Positions 1 through 9,808 of a DNA stretch of 64,000 nucleotides are shown here, piece by piece (the stretch's first letter is position 1; each line of letters begins with the position of its first letter). Source of the stretch: Bacillota bacterium (GTDB lineage Bacteria > Bacillota_I > Bacilli_A > RF39 > UBA660); the NCBI GenBank assembly GCA_023391185.1, contig JAEWBI010000020.1:5592-69591 (forward strand), given 5' to 3'. The notes under the pieces are model-generated. The model saw only the letters and a list, made by a program, of their open reading frames with translations, was not told the origin of the DNA and did no database searches. The position numbers and the translations under genes are program-made.

Positions 1-485
1 TGCCCCTGACTGTCCTGTAAATACAGTAACTTTATCATTTAATAATTCTTTAATACGATCAAGTTCTGTATTAATAACTACTTCATAACCTATTTTTTGA
101 TAATACTCAATAGTAGGTTTTAACTCTTCAAATTTTTCTTCAGTTAATAAGTCTATTTTTGTTAAACATATAATGGGCTCTATTTGATTAAATTCAGAAA
201 TAACTAAAAGTTTATCAAGTAAATTAGAATCAAATTCTGGCTTTGTTGTAGCAGCTACAATAAATACTCTATCAATATTACATATAGCTGGTCTAACAAG
301 CGAATTCTTTCTTGGAAGTACTTCCATTATACAATTATTATCAGTATCTACTATAACATGGTCTCCTACTAGAGGAATAATTTTCATATTTCGAAATTTT
401 CCTCTAGCTTTGCATGTACGCTCCAGACCATCATTACATAGTACTGTAAAATCATTACTTATTATCTTTATTATTTGTCCCTGCA
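1..485 (-). CDS. rsgA: Ribosome small-subunit-dependent GTPase RsgA, N-terminal part. The C-terminus lies beyond the window start.
   Basis: Hand translation of the reverse strand gives VQGQIIKIISNDFTVLCNDGLERTCKARGKFRNMKIIPLVGDHVIVD...NIDRVFIV...TGQSG. This is typical of the RsgA OB-fold plus the start of the GTPase domain. The start codon (GTG) overlaps the prkC stop. Synteny rlmN-stp-prkC-rsgA is the conserved Firmicutes arrangement. Confidence 0.75.
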
Positions 486-2222
486 CTATTTATCCTCAGT
501 AGTACTACTATCATCAGTAGTTGAAGCTTTAGAAATACCTATCTTTAAAGTAGCATTAGCTACTACTGTATCTCCAGCTGTTCTTGACTGATAAAAAATA
601 GTTCCAGCAGGGTAAGTAGCAATTTCCTCATATTCAACAGTTAAAATAACATTATTTTGATCACACCAAGCTTTTATTTGTTCAAGTGTGTATGTTGTAA
701 AATCAGGATATTTAACAAGAACATTTGGTATATAAAGAATGATTTCAGTATCTTTTTCTACTTTTTCACCTTTTTTAATTGATTGTTCGATAATTATACT
801 AGAATCGTATTCTTTTCCTTCTGTATTTTCTACATCTTTCTTTTCAATTGTAACTTTTAATCCTAATGTTTCAAGAGCACCTTTTACTTCTAAATAGTTT
901 TTATTTACATAATCTCCTATTTCAATTGTTACAGAACCAAGTGAAACAGTAAGTTTTATTTTTTGTCCTTCTTTAACTGTACGATTAGCTCTAGGACTAG
1001 TACCAATAACTAAACCTTCATCTACTTCATCAGATTCTTCTTCTGTTACTTCAACATCTACTTCAAGTCCAGCTTTTATTAAAGCTGCTTCAGCTTTCTC
1101 AATAGTCATACCAGAAACATCTGGAATCTTAACATCTTTAGCTTTTGTAAGTGCTGGTACTATAAATACTACCGCTACTAAAGTAAAAGCTATAAGCGCT
1201 ACTAATGTTCCAGTTACCCACAAAGCAATATTAAGTTTCTTACCTATTTTCTTTTCTTCTAGTTCATCTAGTTCAATATCTCTAGCTGTTCTTTTATTTT
1301 TTTCACTACGAGATATCTCTTTTAAATCATCTAAATTTTTTGTTTCTTCTAAATCATCCTCTGGATATTTATAAACTACTCTATTTTGAATAGGCGCTTC
1401 ATCATCTAAGCATTCTTTTAAATCGCCATACATCTCTCTTACTGAGTCGTATCTATTCTTAGGATTTTTAGCACATGCTTTAAGGATGATATTTTCCATA
1501 CTTTGAGGTACACCATCAACTAATTTACATACATTAGGAAGTGGTTCCTTCATTTGTTTAATTGCTATCTCAACAGCATTATCACCTTTAAATGGTACAT
1601 GACCCGTAATAAGTTCAAACATTAAAATACCTAGTGAGTAAATATCGCTTTTTATAGTTGCTCCCTGGCCATTAGCTTGCTCAGGAGGTAAATAATGTAC
1701 CGATCCCATAACAGAGTTAGTTTGAGTAAGCTCTGTTGCATTACTTGCGATAGCAATACCAAAATCTGTTATTTTAACTCTACCATCATCTAGTATCATA
1801 ACATTTTGAGGCTTAATATCTCTATGAATTATATAACTATCATGAGCACAAGCAATAGCTGAAGTAAGCTGTAACATGATATCAATTACTTCAGGAAGGG
1901 TAAGAGCCCCACGTCTTTTAATAAGACTCTTTAAAGTTTTACCATCAATATATTCCATTACAATAAAGTAATTACCATCATCTTCACCAACATCATACAT
2001 TTCAACAATATTAGGATGACTTAAAGAACTTGCGGATATTGCTTCCCTTTGGAAACGTCTTACGAATTTTTCATCCGTTGCAAGATCACCTCTTAATATT
2101 TTGACAGCCACATTACGATCTAAGATAGTATCATAAGCTAAATAAACATTAGCCATTCCACCTTCACCTATTGATCTTATAATTTGATATCTATTATTAA
2201 TCTTTTGACCTTTTATTATCAT
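486..2222 (-). CDS. prkC: Hanks-type Ser/Thr protein kinase with a transmembrane segment and three C-terminal PASTA repeats (PrkC/PknB-like).
   Basis: Kinase motifs are present: ANVYLAYD, VAVK, HRDIKPQN, DFGIA, GSVHYLPPE. There is one TM segment, followed by three ~65-aa repeats typical of PASTA domains. A 4-nt overlap with the upstream PP2C gene is typical of stp-prkC operons. Confidence 0.9.
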   Translation of the reverse strand: MIIKGQKINNRYQIIRSIGEGGMANVYLAYDTILDRNVAVKILRGDLATDEKFVRRFQREAISASSLSHPNIVEMYDVGEDDGNYFIVMEYIDGKTLKSLIKRRGALTLPEVIDIMLQLTSAIACAHDSYIIHRDIKPQNVMILDDGRVKITDFGIAIASNATELTQTNSVMGSVHYLPPEQANGQGATIKSDIYSLGILMFELITGHVPFKGDNAVEIAIKQMKEPLPNVCKLVDGVPQSMENIILKACAKNPKNRYDSVREMYGDLKECLDDEAPIQNRVVYKYPEDDLEETKNLDDLKEISRSEKNKRTARDIELDELEEKKIGKKLNIALWVTGTLVALIAFTLVAVVFIVPALTKAKDVKIPDVSGMTIEKAEAALIKAGLEVDVEVTEEESDEVDEGLVIGTSPRANRTVKEGQKIKLTVSLGSVTIEIGDYVNKNYLEVKGALETLGLKVTIEKKDVENTEGKEYDSSIIIEQSIKKGEKVEKDTEIILYIPNVLVKYPDFTTYTLEQIKAWCDQNNVILTVEYEEIATYPAGTIFYQSRTAGDTVVANATLKIGISKASTTDDSSTTEDK

Positions 2223-2959
2223 AATACTTTCCCACCTTTATTCAAATACGCGATTGATATATTATCAGTTCCCCCACGATTGTTACTTTTAATAACTAAC
2301 TTTTCAAGTTTTTGTTCACCTGCATGTTCCTCGTTAAGTACTTTTGCTATTTGATCATCAGAAAGCATATTTGTTAAACCATCACTACATAAAAGAATAC
2401 CTTCTACATCATCAGTTATATCAAATACATCCATTTCTACATCTTGAATAGCACCAAGTGCCCTAATAAGAACATTTTTCCTTGGGTGATCTTTTGCTTC
2501 TTGAAGAGTAAGTTCTCCTGATTTAACAAGTAAATTTACTAATGTATGATCAGTTGTGATTTTATGTAATTTCTTATTTTTTATTACATAACCAGAACTA
2601 TCTCCTATATTACCAAATAATAAAAACTCTTTAGTAAGTATAGCAAGTACAACTGTTGTACCCATTCCTTCACTTTCGGGATGCTCTTTAGTATATTTAT
2701 ATATTTCTTTGTTGGCTTCACCAACTATATTTTGTATCCAACAAATAGCTTCTTCTTTTGTTCCAATTGATGTTGTCTCTGAAAACCTTCTAGCTATAAT
2801 ATTAATAGCTATTGATGACGCTATTTCACCACCACGATGTCCTCCCATACCATCAGCAACAGACATAAGTATCTCTTCGTTTATATTCTTTACGATTGTT
2901 ACACTATCTTCATTATGATCTCTTACTTTGCCGGGATCAGTTAAATAACAGTATTCCAT
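2219..2959 (-). CDS. stp: PP2C-family Ser/Thr phosphatase (Stp/PrpC).
   Basis: PP2C metal-binding motifs are present: ADGMGGH, GDSSGY, LLCSDGLTN, GGTDNIS. Size is 246 aa. It sits immediately upstream of prkC. Confidence 0.9.
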   Translation of the reverse strand: MEYCYLTDPGKVRDHNEDSVTIVKNINEEILMSVADGMGGHRGGEIASSIAINIIARRFSETTSIGTKEEAICWIQNIVGEANKEIYKYTKEHPESEGMGTTVVLAILTKEFLLFGNIGDSSGYVIKNKKLHKITTDHTLVNLLVKSGELTLQEAKDHPRKNVLIRALGAIQDVEMDVFDITDDVEGILLCSDGLTNMLSDDQIAKVLNEEHAGEQKLEKLVIKSNNRGGTDNISIAYLNKGGKVL

Positions 2960-3984
2960 TATTTCCCCTCCTCATATTTTGATCTAAGCTGTCCACATGC
3001 TGCATCAACATTAGAACCAAATTCTTTTCTTATCGTTACATTAATTTTATTTTTTTTAAGTACATCATAGAACGATAATATTTGTTCTTTGCTACTTTTT
3101 TTGAATTCTATTTGACTAGTCTCATTATATGGTATTAAATTAACATAACAATTCATACCTCTTAATAATTTAGCAAGTTCACTAGCTAGCTCATCTGTAT
3201 CATTAACATCCTTTATCATTATGTACTCAAATGTTACTCTTCTATTAGTTTTATTTATATACTCTTTAACACTTTTAATAAGTTCTTCAATCGGATATGC
3301 CTTATTTATAGACATTATTTTATTTCTTATCTCATTGTTTGGAGCATGAAGTGAAATAGCTAAATTAACTTGTTTATCTTGATTAGTAAACTCTTTTATT
3401 TTAGGTACTATACCACTTGTTGATATTGTTATATGTCTTGCCCCTAGTTCTATACCTTTTTGATCATTTACTATATCTATAAAATTCATTACATTATTAT
3501 AGTTATCAAATGGCTCACCTATTCCCATTAGAACTAAGTGTGTTATTCTAAAACCTAAGTCTTCTTCTATAGCTAAGATTTGTTCAACCATCTCGCCACT
3601 TTCTAAGTTTCTTACTTTTTTAAGTCTACCACTTTCACAGAAAGCACAAGACATATTACATCCAACTTGCGTTGATATACATAGACTATGACCATAGTCA
3701 TGACGCATGTATACTGCTTCTATTTTTTGACCATCAGCAAGTTTAAATAAGTATTTAGAAACATCTTTATCATGTTGCTTACTTATTATTTCTATATTAC
3801 CAATGATAAAATTATCTTTAAGGTAACTAGTTAATTCTTTTTTTATGTTAGTCATTTCATCAAAACTTTTAACTCTTTTCTTATAAAGCCAATCAAATAA
3901 TTGATTAGCAGCAAACTTTTTATAACCAAGTTCTATAAGAATTGAAGTAAGTTCTTCATGACTATAATTATATATATTTTTCAT
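2959..3984 (-). CDS. rlmN: 23S rRNA/tRNA (adenine-C2) methyltransferase RlmN (radical SAM).
   Basis: The radical-SAM CxxxCxxC motif is present as CNMSCAFCESG. The conserved RlmN C-terminus motif AACGQL is present. Size is 341 aa, and the position upstream of stp-prkC fits. Confidence 0.9.
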   Translation of the reverse strand: MKNIYNYSHEELTSILIELGYKKFAANQLFDWLYKKRVKSFDEMTNIKKELTSYLKDNFIIGNIEIISKQHDKDVSKYLFKLADGQKIEAVYMRHDYGHSLCISTQVGCNMSCAFCESGRLKKVRNLESGEMVEQILAIEEDLGFRITHLVLMGIGEPFDNYNNVMNFIDIVNDQKGIELGARHITISTSGIVPKIKEFTNQDKQVNLAISLHAPNNEIRNKIMSINKAYPIEELIKSVKEYINKTNRRVTFEYIMIKDVNDTDELASELAKLLRGMNCYVNLIPYNETSQIEFKKSSKEQILSFYDVLKKNKINVTIRKEFGSNVDAACGQLRSKYEEGK

Positions 3985-4068
3985 TATTTCACCTATACTT
4001 CACTATATTACATTATATCAAAAAGACAAAAAAAATAATAGACATATCTATTATTTTAATATATTAAA

Positions 4069-4281
4069 TTAAAATCCCATTACTAAACATAAAATGAAGA
4101 ATAATGCACCTAAGACAACAGTAGCACGAGTTATCACTAGCTCGCCACCTCTTTCTTTACGGTTAGCAAATAGATTATCATTACCACCACTTACAATATT
4201 CGCAGCAGATTCAGCTTTACCACTTTGTAAAAGGACTATAGCTATTAATAAAATTGAAACTATAATTAAAGCAATTTCCAC
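4069..4281 (-). CDS. secG: Preprotein translocase subunit SecG.
   Basis: A 70-aa protein with two TM segments and the characteristic LLQSGKAES...GGN... signature of SecG. Confidence 0.7.
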   Translation of the reverse strand: MEIALIIVSILLIAIVLLQSGKAESAANIVSGGNDNLFANRKERGGELVITRATVVLGALFFILCLVMGF

Positions 4282-4407
4282 TATGTTCCCTCCTTTTTTA
4301 TAACTGTTACTAATTTACCATAAACTAAAGATTTAATCAAGTAATATATGATAAAAACAAGTTATAATTGAGAAAAATATTTATTATACTTTTATCTGTG
4401 TAATTTT

Positions 4408-5700
4408 TTAATTGTTTTTTTCCTCCATCGGTCTTATTGTAAAAACGGTATAATTATCTAATGATATTCTAGAAAGAATACTTCTTACTTCTTTAATATT
4501 AGTCTTTTTTATTGTATCAACTGGTTCATAATCAATACTTCCTAATGTTATTAAGTCAGCCATTAACTTATTATTAGTTCTAAATATACTATCACTTGTG
4601 AATACTAGATCACTAATTCCGGTTCTTTTTCTTCGTTCCAGTTCATCTTCACTAATTTTAAAATCTTTTAATTCTTCTTTTATAAGTTCTATAACTTTTT
4701 CTGGATATTTAGTTTCAGCATCTATTATTGCTACTATATGATCATCAACTTTTAATCCTGTTATGTCTATAGAACCTGATAATAAACCATCATTTCTTAG
4801 TCTTTCATTAAATAATGATGTGGTACTTAATTTTAGATCCAAAGCATTCATTATATCAGAATAAACCTGATTATAATCAATATCTTTTATATGTGATACT
4901 CTAATTTTATAAGTAATTGAAGTTTTTGGAATAGTAACATCCATAAATATAGTTTCTTCTTTTTTTGCTACCGTATCTGGTTCATTATACTTTGGTAATT
5001 TAACTTTCTTGCGAGGATTTAAATTTCTTTTTTCCTCGTGATCAGTTATAACTTTTAATACTTCATCAGGGTCAACATTACCTGTTACTATAACAAACAT
5101 ATTTGAAGGATGATAAAAAGTATTGTAACAGTCATATAGATTTTCTTTAGTAATACTATTAACACTTTGAACTGTTCCTATCACAGGATATTTCATTGGA
5201 TGATTAATAAGTGTATTAAATAATATTCCATTATACATTCTTGAAAAAGGTTTATCCTCATACATCATTATTTCTTGAGTTATTATACCTTTTTCTTTTT
5301 CTACATTTTCATCCGTAAAATATGGTTTTTCAACATAATCAAGTAAAAATTCTAGGTTTTCATAGAAACTATTTGGTCCTGAAAATAAATAAGTTGTCTT
5401 TCTAACATTGGTATTAGCATTAGCATCACTACCTCTTTCAGAAAAGAAACCAAAGACATCACTACCATCTTCTTGTTCAAACATTTTATGTTCTAAGAAG
5501 TGCGCAATACCTTTAGGAACACTAATAGATTTACTTTCACCGCTTGGTACAAAATCATTGTGCATACCACCATATCTAGTGCTATAAGTGGCATATGTAT
5601 TATTAACATTTTTAAATGGTACTATATATATTTCTAAGCCATTATCTAATTTTTCAGAGTAGACATTTAAATCCAGTCCTTTAATTATTTTCTTCTTCAT
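4408..5700 (-). CDS. M16-family zinc peptidase (inverted zincin HxxEH).
   Basis: The GIAHFLEHKMFE inverted zinc-binding motif is present. Size is 430 aa. Confidence 0.8.
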   Translation of the reverse strand: MKKKIIKGLDLNVYSEKLDNGLEIYIVPFKNVNNTYATYSTRYGGMHNDFVPSGESKSISVPKGIAHFLEHKMFEQEDGSDVFGFFSERGSDANANTNVRKTTYLFSGPNSFYENLEFLLDYVEKPYFTDENVEKEKGIITQEIMMYEDKPFSRMYNGILFNTLINHPMKYPVIGTVQSVNSITKENLYDCYNTFYHPSNMFVIVTGNVDPDEVLKVITDHEEKRNLNPRKKVKLPKYNEPDTVAKKEETIFMDVTIPKTSITYKIRVSHIKDIDYNQVYSDIMNALDLKLSTTSLFNERLRNDGLLSGSIDITGLKVDDHIVAIIDAETKYPEKVIELIKEELKDFKISEDELERRKRTGISDLVFTSDSIFRTNNKLMADLITLGSIDYEPVDTIKKTNIKEVRSILSRISLDNYTVFTIRPMEEKNN

Positions 5701-6958
5701 GTCGTTCTCCTTTTAGTATATATATAGTATCTAAATGTATTTTTTTACTTACATTAAGGATATCTTCTTTAGTAACTTTCACTATTTCAGTATTTCTATC
5801 TTCAAGTAGTCCATAATTTAAATATTCATGAGCTTCATAAATATTTATTATACCCGTTGTTGAATCTTGTATCTCTTTTAACGAAGCTAAATAAGTTGTT
5901 TTAGCCTGAACAATTTCATCCTCAGTAAATTCCCCAGCAGCCATTTTTTTAACTTCTTTTTTAATTAGTTTAACTGCCTTGTCAAAACTTTTTTCATCTA
6001 TACCAGCACTTATATATTCTAAATTAGCAATACCAGAGTGTGATGAAGAAACAGAATAACACAAACTATTTTTTTCTCTAACCTCTTTAAATAATTTTGA
6101 GTCTGGTCCGCCACCTAAAATTGAATTATATAGAGCTAAAACATACTCTCTTTCAAAAGGAGTAATATCTTTTAACTTATAAGCAAGAATAAGAATACTT
6201 TGATTAATTTCCTTAGAATCAGTTACTACCTGTGGTATTTTCTTTATTTTTTCTTGCTTAATAAAGTGTTCTGATTTAACTTGCTTTAAAGTATTAATTG
6301 AAAAGTTTTCTTTAATTATTTTTTCCATACTATTGAAGTCAATATCACCTATTATAAATATATCGATTAAGTTAGTTCTAAGAAGTTCTTTATAATATGA
6401 GTATAGATTTTCAGGTGTTATTTTTTCTAAATCTTCCATATAACCAGTATTATGATATCTTAATACAGAATCTGGACACATTGCTTCATATAACCTAGAA
6501 AAAGCATATCTTCCAGGATTGTCATTAAAAGATTCAATATCTTCTTTTAATATGTTTTTTGCATTATTAAAAGTTTGGATATCGAATTTCCCATTTTCAA
6601 CATTAGGATTAAATATAAAATCTAAAAAGAACTGAAGAGATTTTTCTATCATTCCTTCTTCAGTATACTTTTCATTTAAGAACATTGTATCAAATCTTAA
6701 TAATTGATAGTTACCCGACTGACTAGTACTCGCACCTACATTTATATTATATAAGTTTTCGCACTCAATATCTAATAATCGTCTTGTTTGATATGTCTTT
6801 GTTGCTTCAAGTAATATTAGGGATAGCATATTTCTATACGCTATTTTTTCTTTTTCAATTATTTCTTTGAAATTTATTCTAATCTTTATTCTCTTGAATT
6901 TATCGGTTTTTACAAAATGAATGTTATAAGCCTGCTCATTTACCTTTCTGTATTCCAT
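5681..6958 (-). CDS. M16-family (pitrilysin/insulinase-like) peptidase, probable non-catalytic partner subunit.
   Basis: A 425-aa protein that lacks an HxxEH motif but has M16-like length and composition. It overlaps by 20 nt with the downstream M16 gene that does carry HFLEH. Paired M16 subunits are a common arrangement. Confidence 0.6.
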   Translation of the reverse strand: MEYRKVNEQAYNIHFVKTDKFKRIKIRINFKEIIEKEKIAYRNMLSLILLEATKTYQTRRLLDIECENLYNINVGASTSQSGNYQLLRFDTMFLNEKYTEEGMIEKSLQFFLDFIFNPNVENGKFDIQTFNNAKNILKEDIESFNDNPGRYAFSRLYEAMCPDSVLRYHNTGYMEDLEKITPENLYSYYKELLRTNLIDIFIIGDIDFNSMEKIIKENFSINTLKQVKSEHFIKQEKIKKIPQVVTDSKEINQSILILAYKLKDITPFEREYVLALYNSILGGGPDSKLFKEVREKNSLCYSVSSSHSGIANLEYISAGIDEKSFDKAVKLIKKEVKKMAAGEFTEDEIVQAKTTYLASLKEIQDSTTGIINIYEAHEYLNYGLLEDRNTEIVKVTKEDILNVSKKIHLDTIYILKGERHEEENN

Positions 6959-6971
6959 TTTTTCACCCCAT

Positions 6972-7940
6972 CTATAATAAGCTATTAAATTTATTTAACA
7001 ATTCCTTCTTTTCATTCTCACTAATAAAAGCATGGTTAATAGCTTGTTTATTAGTTTTTATAAAATCATTAGTACTAAACTGTAAATTAACTTCTAAGTT
7101 TTTATATTCTCTTTTTAAAGTAGTATTTGATACAGTTCTATTATCTGTATTTATAGATAATGGTACTCCTAAGTCATATAGTTTCCTAATAGGATGACTT
7201 TTATAATTATCTACTACTCTTGTTTGAATATTACTTGTAGGACATACTTCAAGAAGGATATCTTTATCTATAACTTCTTTTATTAAATCATCCTCAGTAA
7301 CTACATTAACACCATGTCCAATTCTAGTTGTTCCAAAACTGATTGCTGATTTTATACTCTCTCTACCATCAGCTTCTCCCGCATGTATTGTGAATGGCAC
7401 ATTTTTTTCAGTAGCGTAATCAAATAAATCTTTAAAATCTTCTGTTTTATAAATTGCTTCAGCTCCCGCCAAATCAACTGCGCATACACCTTCATTTAAA
7501 TAATGCCTTGCGACATCAATAACCATCATGTTAGTTTTTATATCATCATTACGCATCATACAAAGAATTACGTTAGATTTCATATCAACTCTACTAAGTC
7601 CCATGATTACACTTTCAGTAACATCATATAAAGATAATCCTTCTAAAGTGTGCTTGATTGGTGCGAATCTTATTTCTGCATATATAACGCCATCATTCTT
7701 TAAATCAACCGCTAGTTCATACGCAATACGCTCTAAATTTCTTTTTGTCTGCATAATCTTTACAGGTAATTCAAACTTAGTTAAATAATCATTTAAATCT
7801 AAACACTTTTCTTTAGCAAGCATATCATATTTAACTTCATTTATACTCAAATCAAGTAGTTCAGCTGCTGTATCTAATCTAACAGAACCATCTAAATGAA
7901 CATGTAGTTCTATTTTAGGTAGTTTACTATAATCCATCAT
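6972..7940 (-). CDS. add: Adenosine deaminase.
   Basis: The N-terminal ELHVHLDGS signature is present, together with HAGE and the NTDN/SLNTD motifs of the amidohydrolase adenosine deaminase family. Size is 322 aa. Confidence 0.85.
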   Translation of the reverse strand: MMDYSKLPKIELHVHLDGSVRLDTAAELLDLSINEVKYDMLAKEKCLDLNDYLTKFELPVKIMQTKRNLERIAYELAVDLKNDGVIYAEIRFAPIKHTLEGLSLYDVTESVIMGLSRVDMKSNVILCMMRNDDIKTNMMVIDVARHYLNEGVCAVDLAGAEAIYKTEDFKDLFDYATEKNVPFTIHAGEADGRESIKSAISFGTTRIGHGVNVVTEDDLIKEVIDKDILLEVCPTSNIQTRVVDNYKSHPIRKLYDLGVPLSINTDNRTVSNTTLKREYKNLEVNLQFSTNDFIKTNKQAINHAFISENEKKELLNKFNSLL

Positions 7941-8644
7941 AATTTTAATGAGCTTTCTAAAGCTACTTCAATCATTTTTGTAAAACTATTTTGTCTTTCT
8001 TGAGAAGTAGTTTTTTCATTTGTTACTATATTATCAGAAACTGTAAGTAAACACGCTGCTTTTTTTCCTAAAACATTAGCATTATGAAATAACGCGAAAG
8101 ATTCCATTTCAACAGCTAAGCAACCATATTCATTATATAATTGTTTATAATTCTCATTTTCTTTATAAAATACATCCGAGCTATGAATATTTGCAATTGT
8201 CAAATGTGCATTTAACTCTTCAGCAGTTTCTTTTAAATAAAAATTTAAATAGTCAGAAGCATACATCATGTTATCTTCACATCCATTTTGTGTCTTTGCA
8301 TATGAAGAATTAGAAAAACAAGCGTTTACTAAAACTAAATCATATAAATTTAAATCAGCTGTATATGCTCCACAACTACCTACCCTAATGATTTTATCAA
8401 CATTATAAAATTTAAATAATTCATATGAATATATGCCAATACTAGGCATACCCATACCTGAGGCCATTACTGTTATTTCCTTACCTTTGTATGTACCTGT
8501 AAAGGCTAACATCCCTCTTACATTGTTAACTAATTTGTAATCTTTTAAATAAGTTTCTGCAATAAATTTAGCACGAAGAGGATCTCCTGGCATAATTACT
8601 ATTTTTGCTATTTCATTTTCTTTTGCTTCAATATGTGGTGTCAT
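7937..8644 (-). CDS. deoD: Purine nucleoside phosphorylase, DeoD-type.
   Basis: A 235-aa protein with N-terminus MTPHIEAKENEIAKIVIMPGDPLRAKFIAE and the internal motif GSCGA. These are typical of the hexameric PNP DeoD. There is a 4-nt overlap with add. Confidence 0.85.
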   Translation of the reverse strand: MTPHIEAKENEIAKIVIMPGDPLRAKFIAETYLKDYKLVNNVRGMLAFTGTYKGKEITVMASGMGMPSIGIYSYELFKFYNVDKIIRVGSCGAYTADLNLYDLVLVNACFSNSSYAKTQNGCEDNMMYASDYLNFYLKETAEELNAHLTIANIHSSDVFYKENENYKQLYNEYGCLAVEMESFALFHNANVLGKKAACLLTVSDNIVTNEKTTSQERQNSFTKMIEVALESSLKL

Positions 8645-8664
8645 AACTATTTCTCCTTTTTATT

Positions 8665-9174
8665 CTATGCATTTTTTGACTTTTTATTTTGTTTTTTAAT
8701 ATTATTTTCAAAAAACTGTACTACTTTATCATAATCTTCTTGATTTTCAAACAATCCTTTATTAAATACTATTATCATTTTTTTTGTTATTACTTCATAA
8801 GTGTTTTTTAACCTAATTGTTTTTACTATATCTTTTAGTTCAATAGATATTTCAGTATCACCTGTTTTTTCGGTAAATTTGTCTTTAGTTAAGGTACAAT
8901 CATAAGTACCATATTTTACTCCTAAACCTTTTTCATTTATTTTTACAAGCAATTTAGAAGTTAAGATCGTTACTAATTCAACGGCACCATAAATTATTAA
9001 ACACGCCAATAAATATAAAATCAGTGTTATTAAAAAATTATCTAATACTAAATTTCTAATAAAAAACAAAAATACTAAAGAACCTGCTATTACATAATAA
9101 AGGTTATTTTTTGAATTTGTCCTTCTGACAATTCTTTCGTAATTTTTTTTACTTAAGTTATATTTGAATTTCAT
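8665..9174 (-). CDS. Hypothetical membrane protein (two TM segments near the N-terminus).
   Basis: The ORF runs continuously between flanking genes. Hydrophobic segments: VIAGSLVFLFFI and LITLILYLLACLIIYGAV. No motifs recognised. Confidence 0.4.
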   Translation of the reverse strand: MKFKYNLSKKNYERIVRRTNSKNNLYYVIAGSLVFLFFIRNLVLDNFLITLILYLLACLIIYGAVELVTILTSKLLVKINEKGLGVKYGTYDCTLTKDKFTEKTGDTEISIELKDIVKTIRLKNTYEVITKKMIIVFNKGLFENQEDYDKVVQFFENNIKKQNKKSKNA

Positions 9175-9323
9175 TTTACCATCTTCCTAACATAATCATT
9201 ATAACAAATTTATTATCAATCATAAACCCTTTATTTAAACTTAGTAAACAAAAACCAATCTACTAATAGATTGGTTTACTAATTAATCAAAGTTGTTTTA
9301 TTTTAAGTACTAACTATTTAATC

Positions 9324-9704
9324 TTATAAATCTGTTATTGTTAATTCGACAGCTGTTGAAGTTTTAGTAGCATTAAATCTGTTATTTGAGATAGAAACAG
9401 TTGAATTACATGAACTATCTAATGTTATTGTTCCACTTAGTGGTAACTCACCTTGTACATTAACAGAAGGTGTAGCAACATGATCACTAAATGTATAAGT
9501 AGTTGTTAAAGTTTCTCCTCTAAGAAGTTGTAAATGACATGCATCTTCTACTGCACTAATTACATTATTAGCACTTGATTCAAAAGCACCTCTTCTACTT
9601 TCTTTAATGATAGTATTTACTACTGGAATAGCTATTAATGCTATAATTCCTAGTATTAATATTACTGCTAGTAACTCAATTAACGTAAAGCCTCTTTTTC
9701 TCAT
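9324..9704 (-). CDS. Prepilin-type N-terminal cleavage/methylation-domain protein (type IV pilin or pseudopilin, ComGC-like).
   Basis: The N-terminus MRKRGFTLIELLAVILILGIIALIAIPVV is a class III (G/FTLIE) prepilin signal. Size is 126 aa. Confidence 0.7.
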   Translation of the reverse strand: MRKRGFTLIELLAVILILGIIALIAIPVVNTIIKESRRGAFESSANNVISAVEDACHLQLLRGETLTTTYTFSDHVATPSVNVQGELPLSGTITLDSSCNSTVSISNNRFNATKTSTAVELTITDL

Positions 9705-9808
9705 CCTTCATACTCCTCCTATAATACTACAAATATTTTAGCATGAAAGATATGTTGTTTCAAGATTTTTTGATGATTTGTATTTGTATTTACATACTCA
9801 TATAAAAA

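Noticed and set aside
2709-2918. Short plus-strand ORFs inside long minus-strand genes: 2709-2918, 4094-4303, 7528-7788, 10074-10259, 11452-11895, 11840-12049, 13456-13665, 14243-14425, 21412-21618, 21966-22148, 23981-24172, 27336-27617, 28203-28460, 29815-30003, 30054-30296, 31949-32146, 33913-34137, 37953-38153, 38247-38438, 40886-41107, 42986-43331, 47590-47781, 48897-49133, 49713-50045, 51073-51542, 52605-52844, 52992-53222, 58841-59208, 62698-62898.
   Set aside because: All lie antisense within well-supported genes, have low-complexity translations with no motifs, and are typical shadow ORFs in AT-rich DNA.
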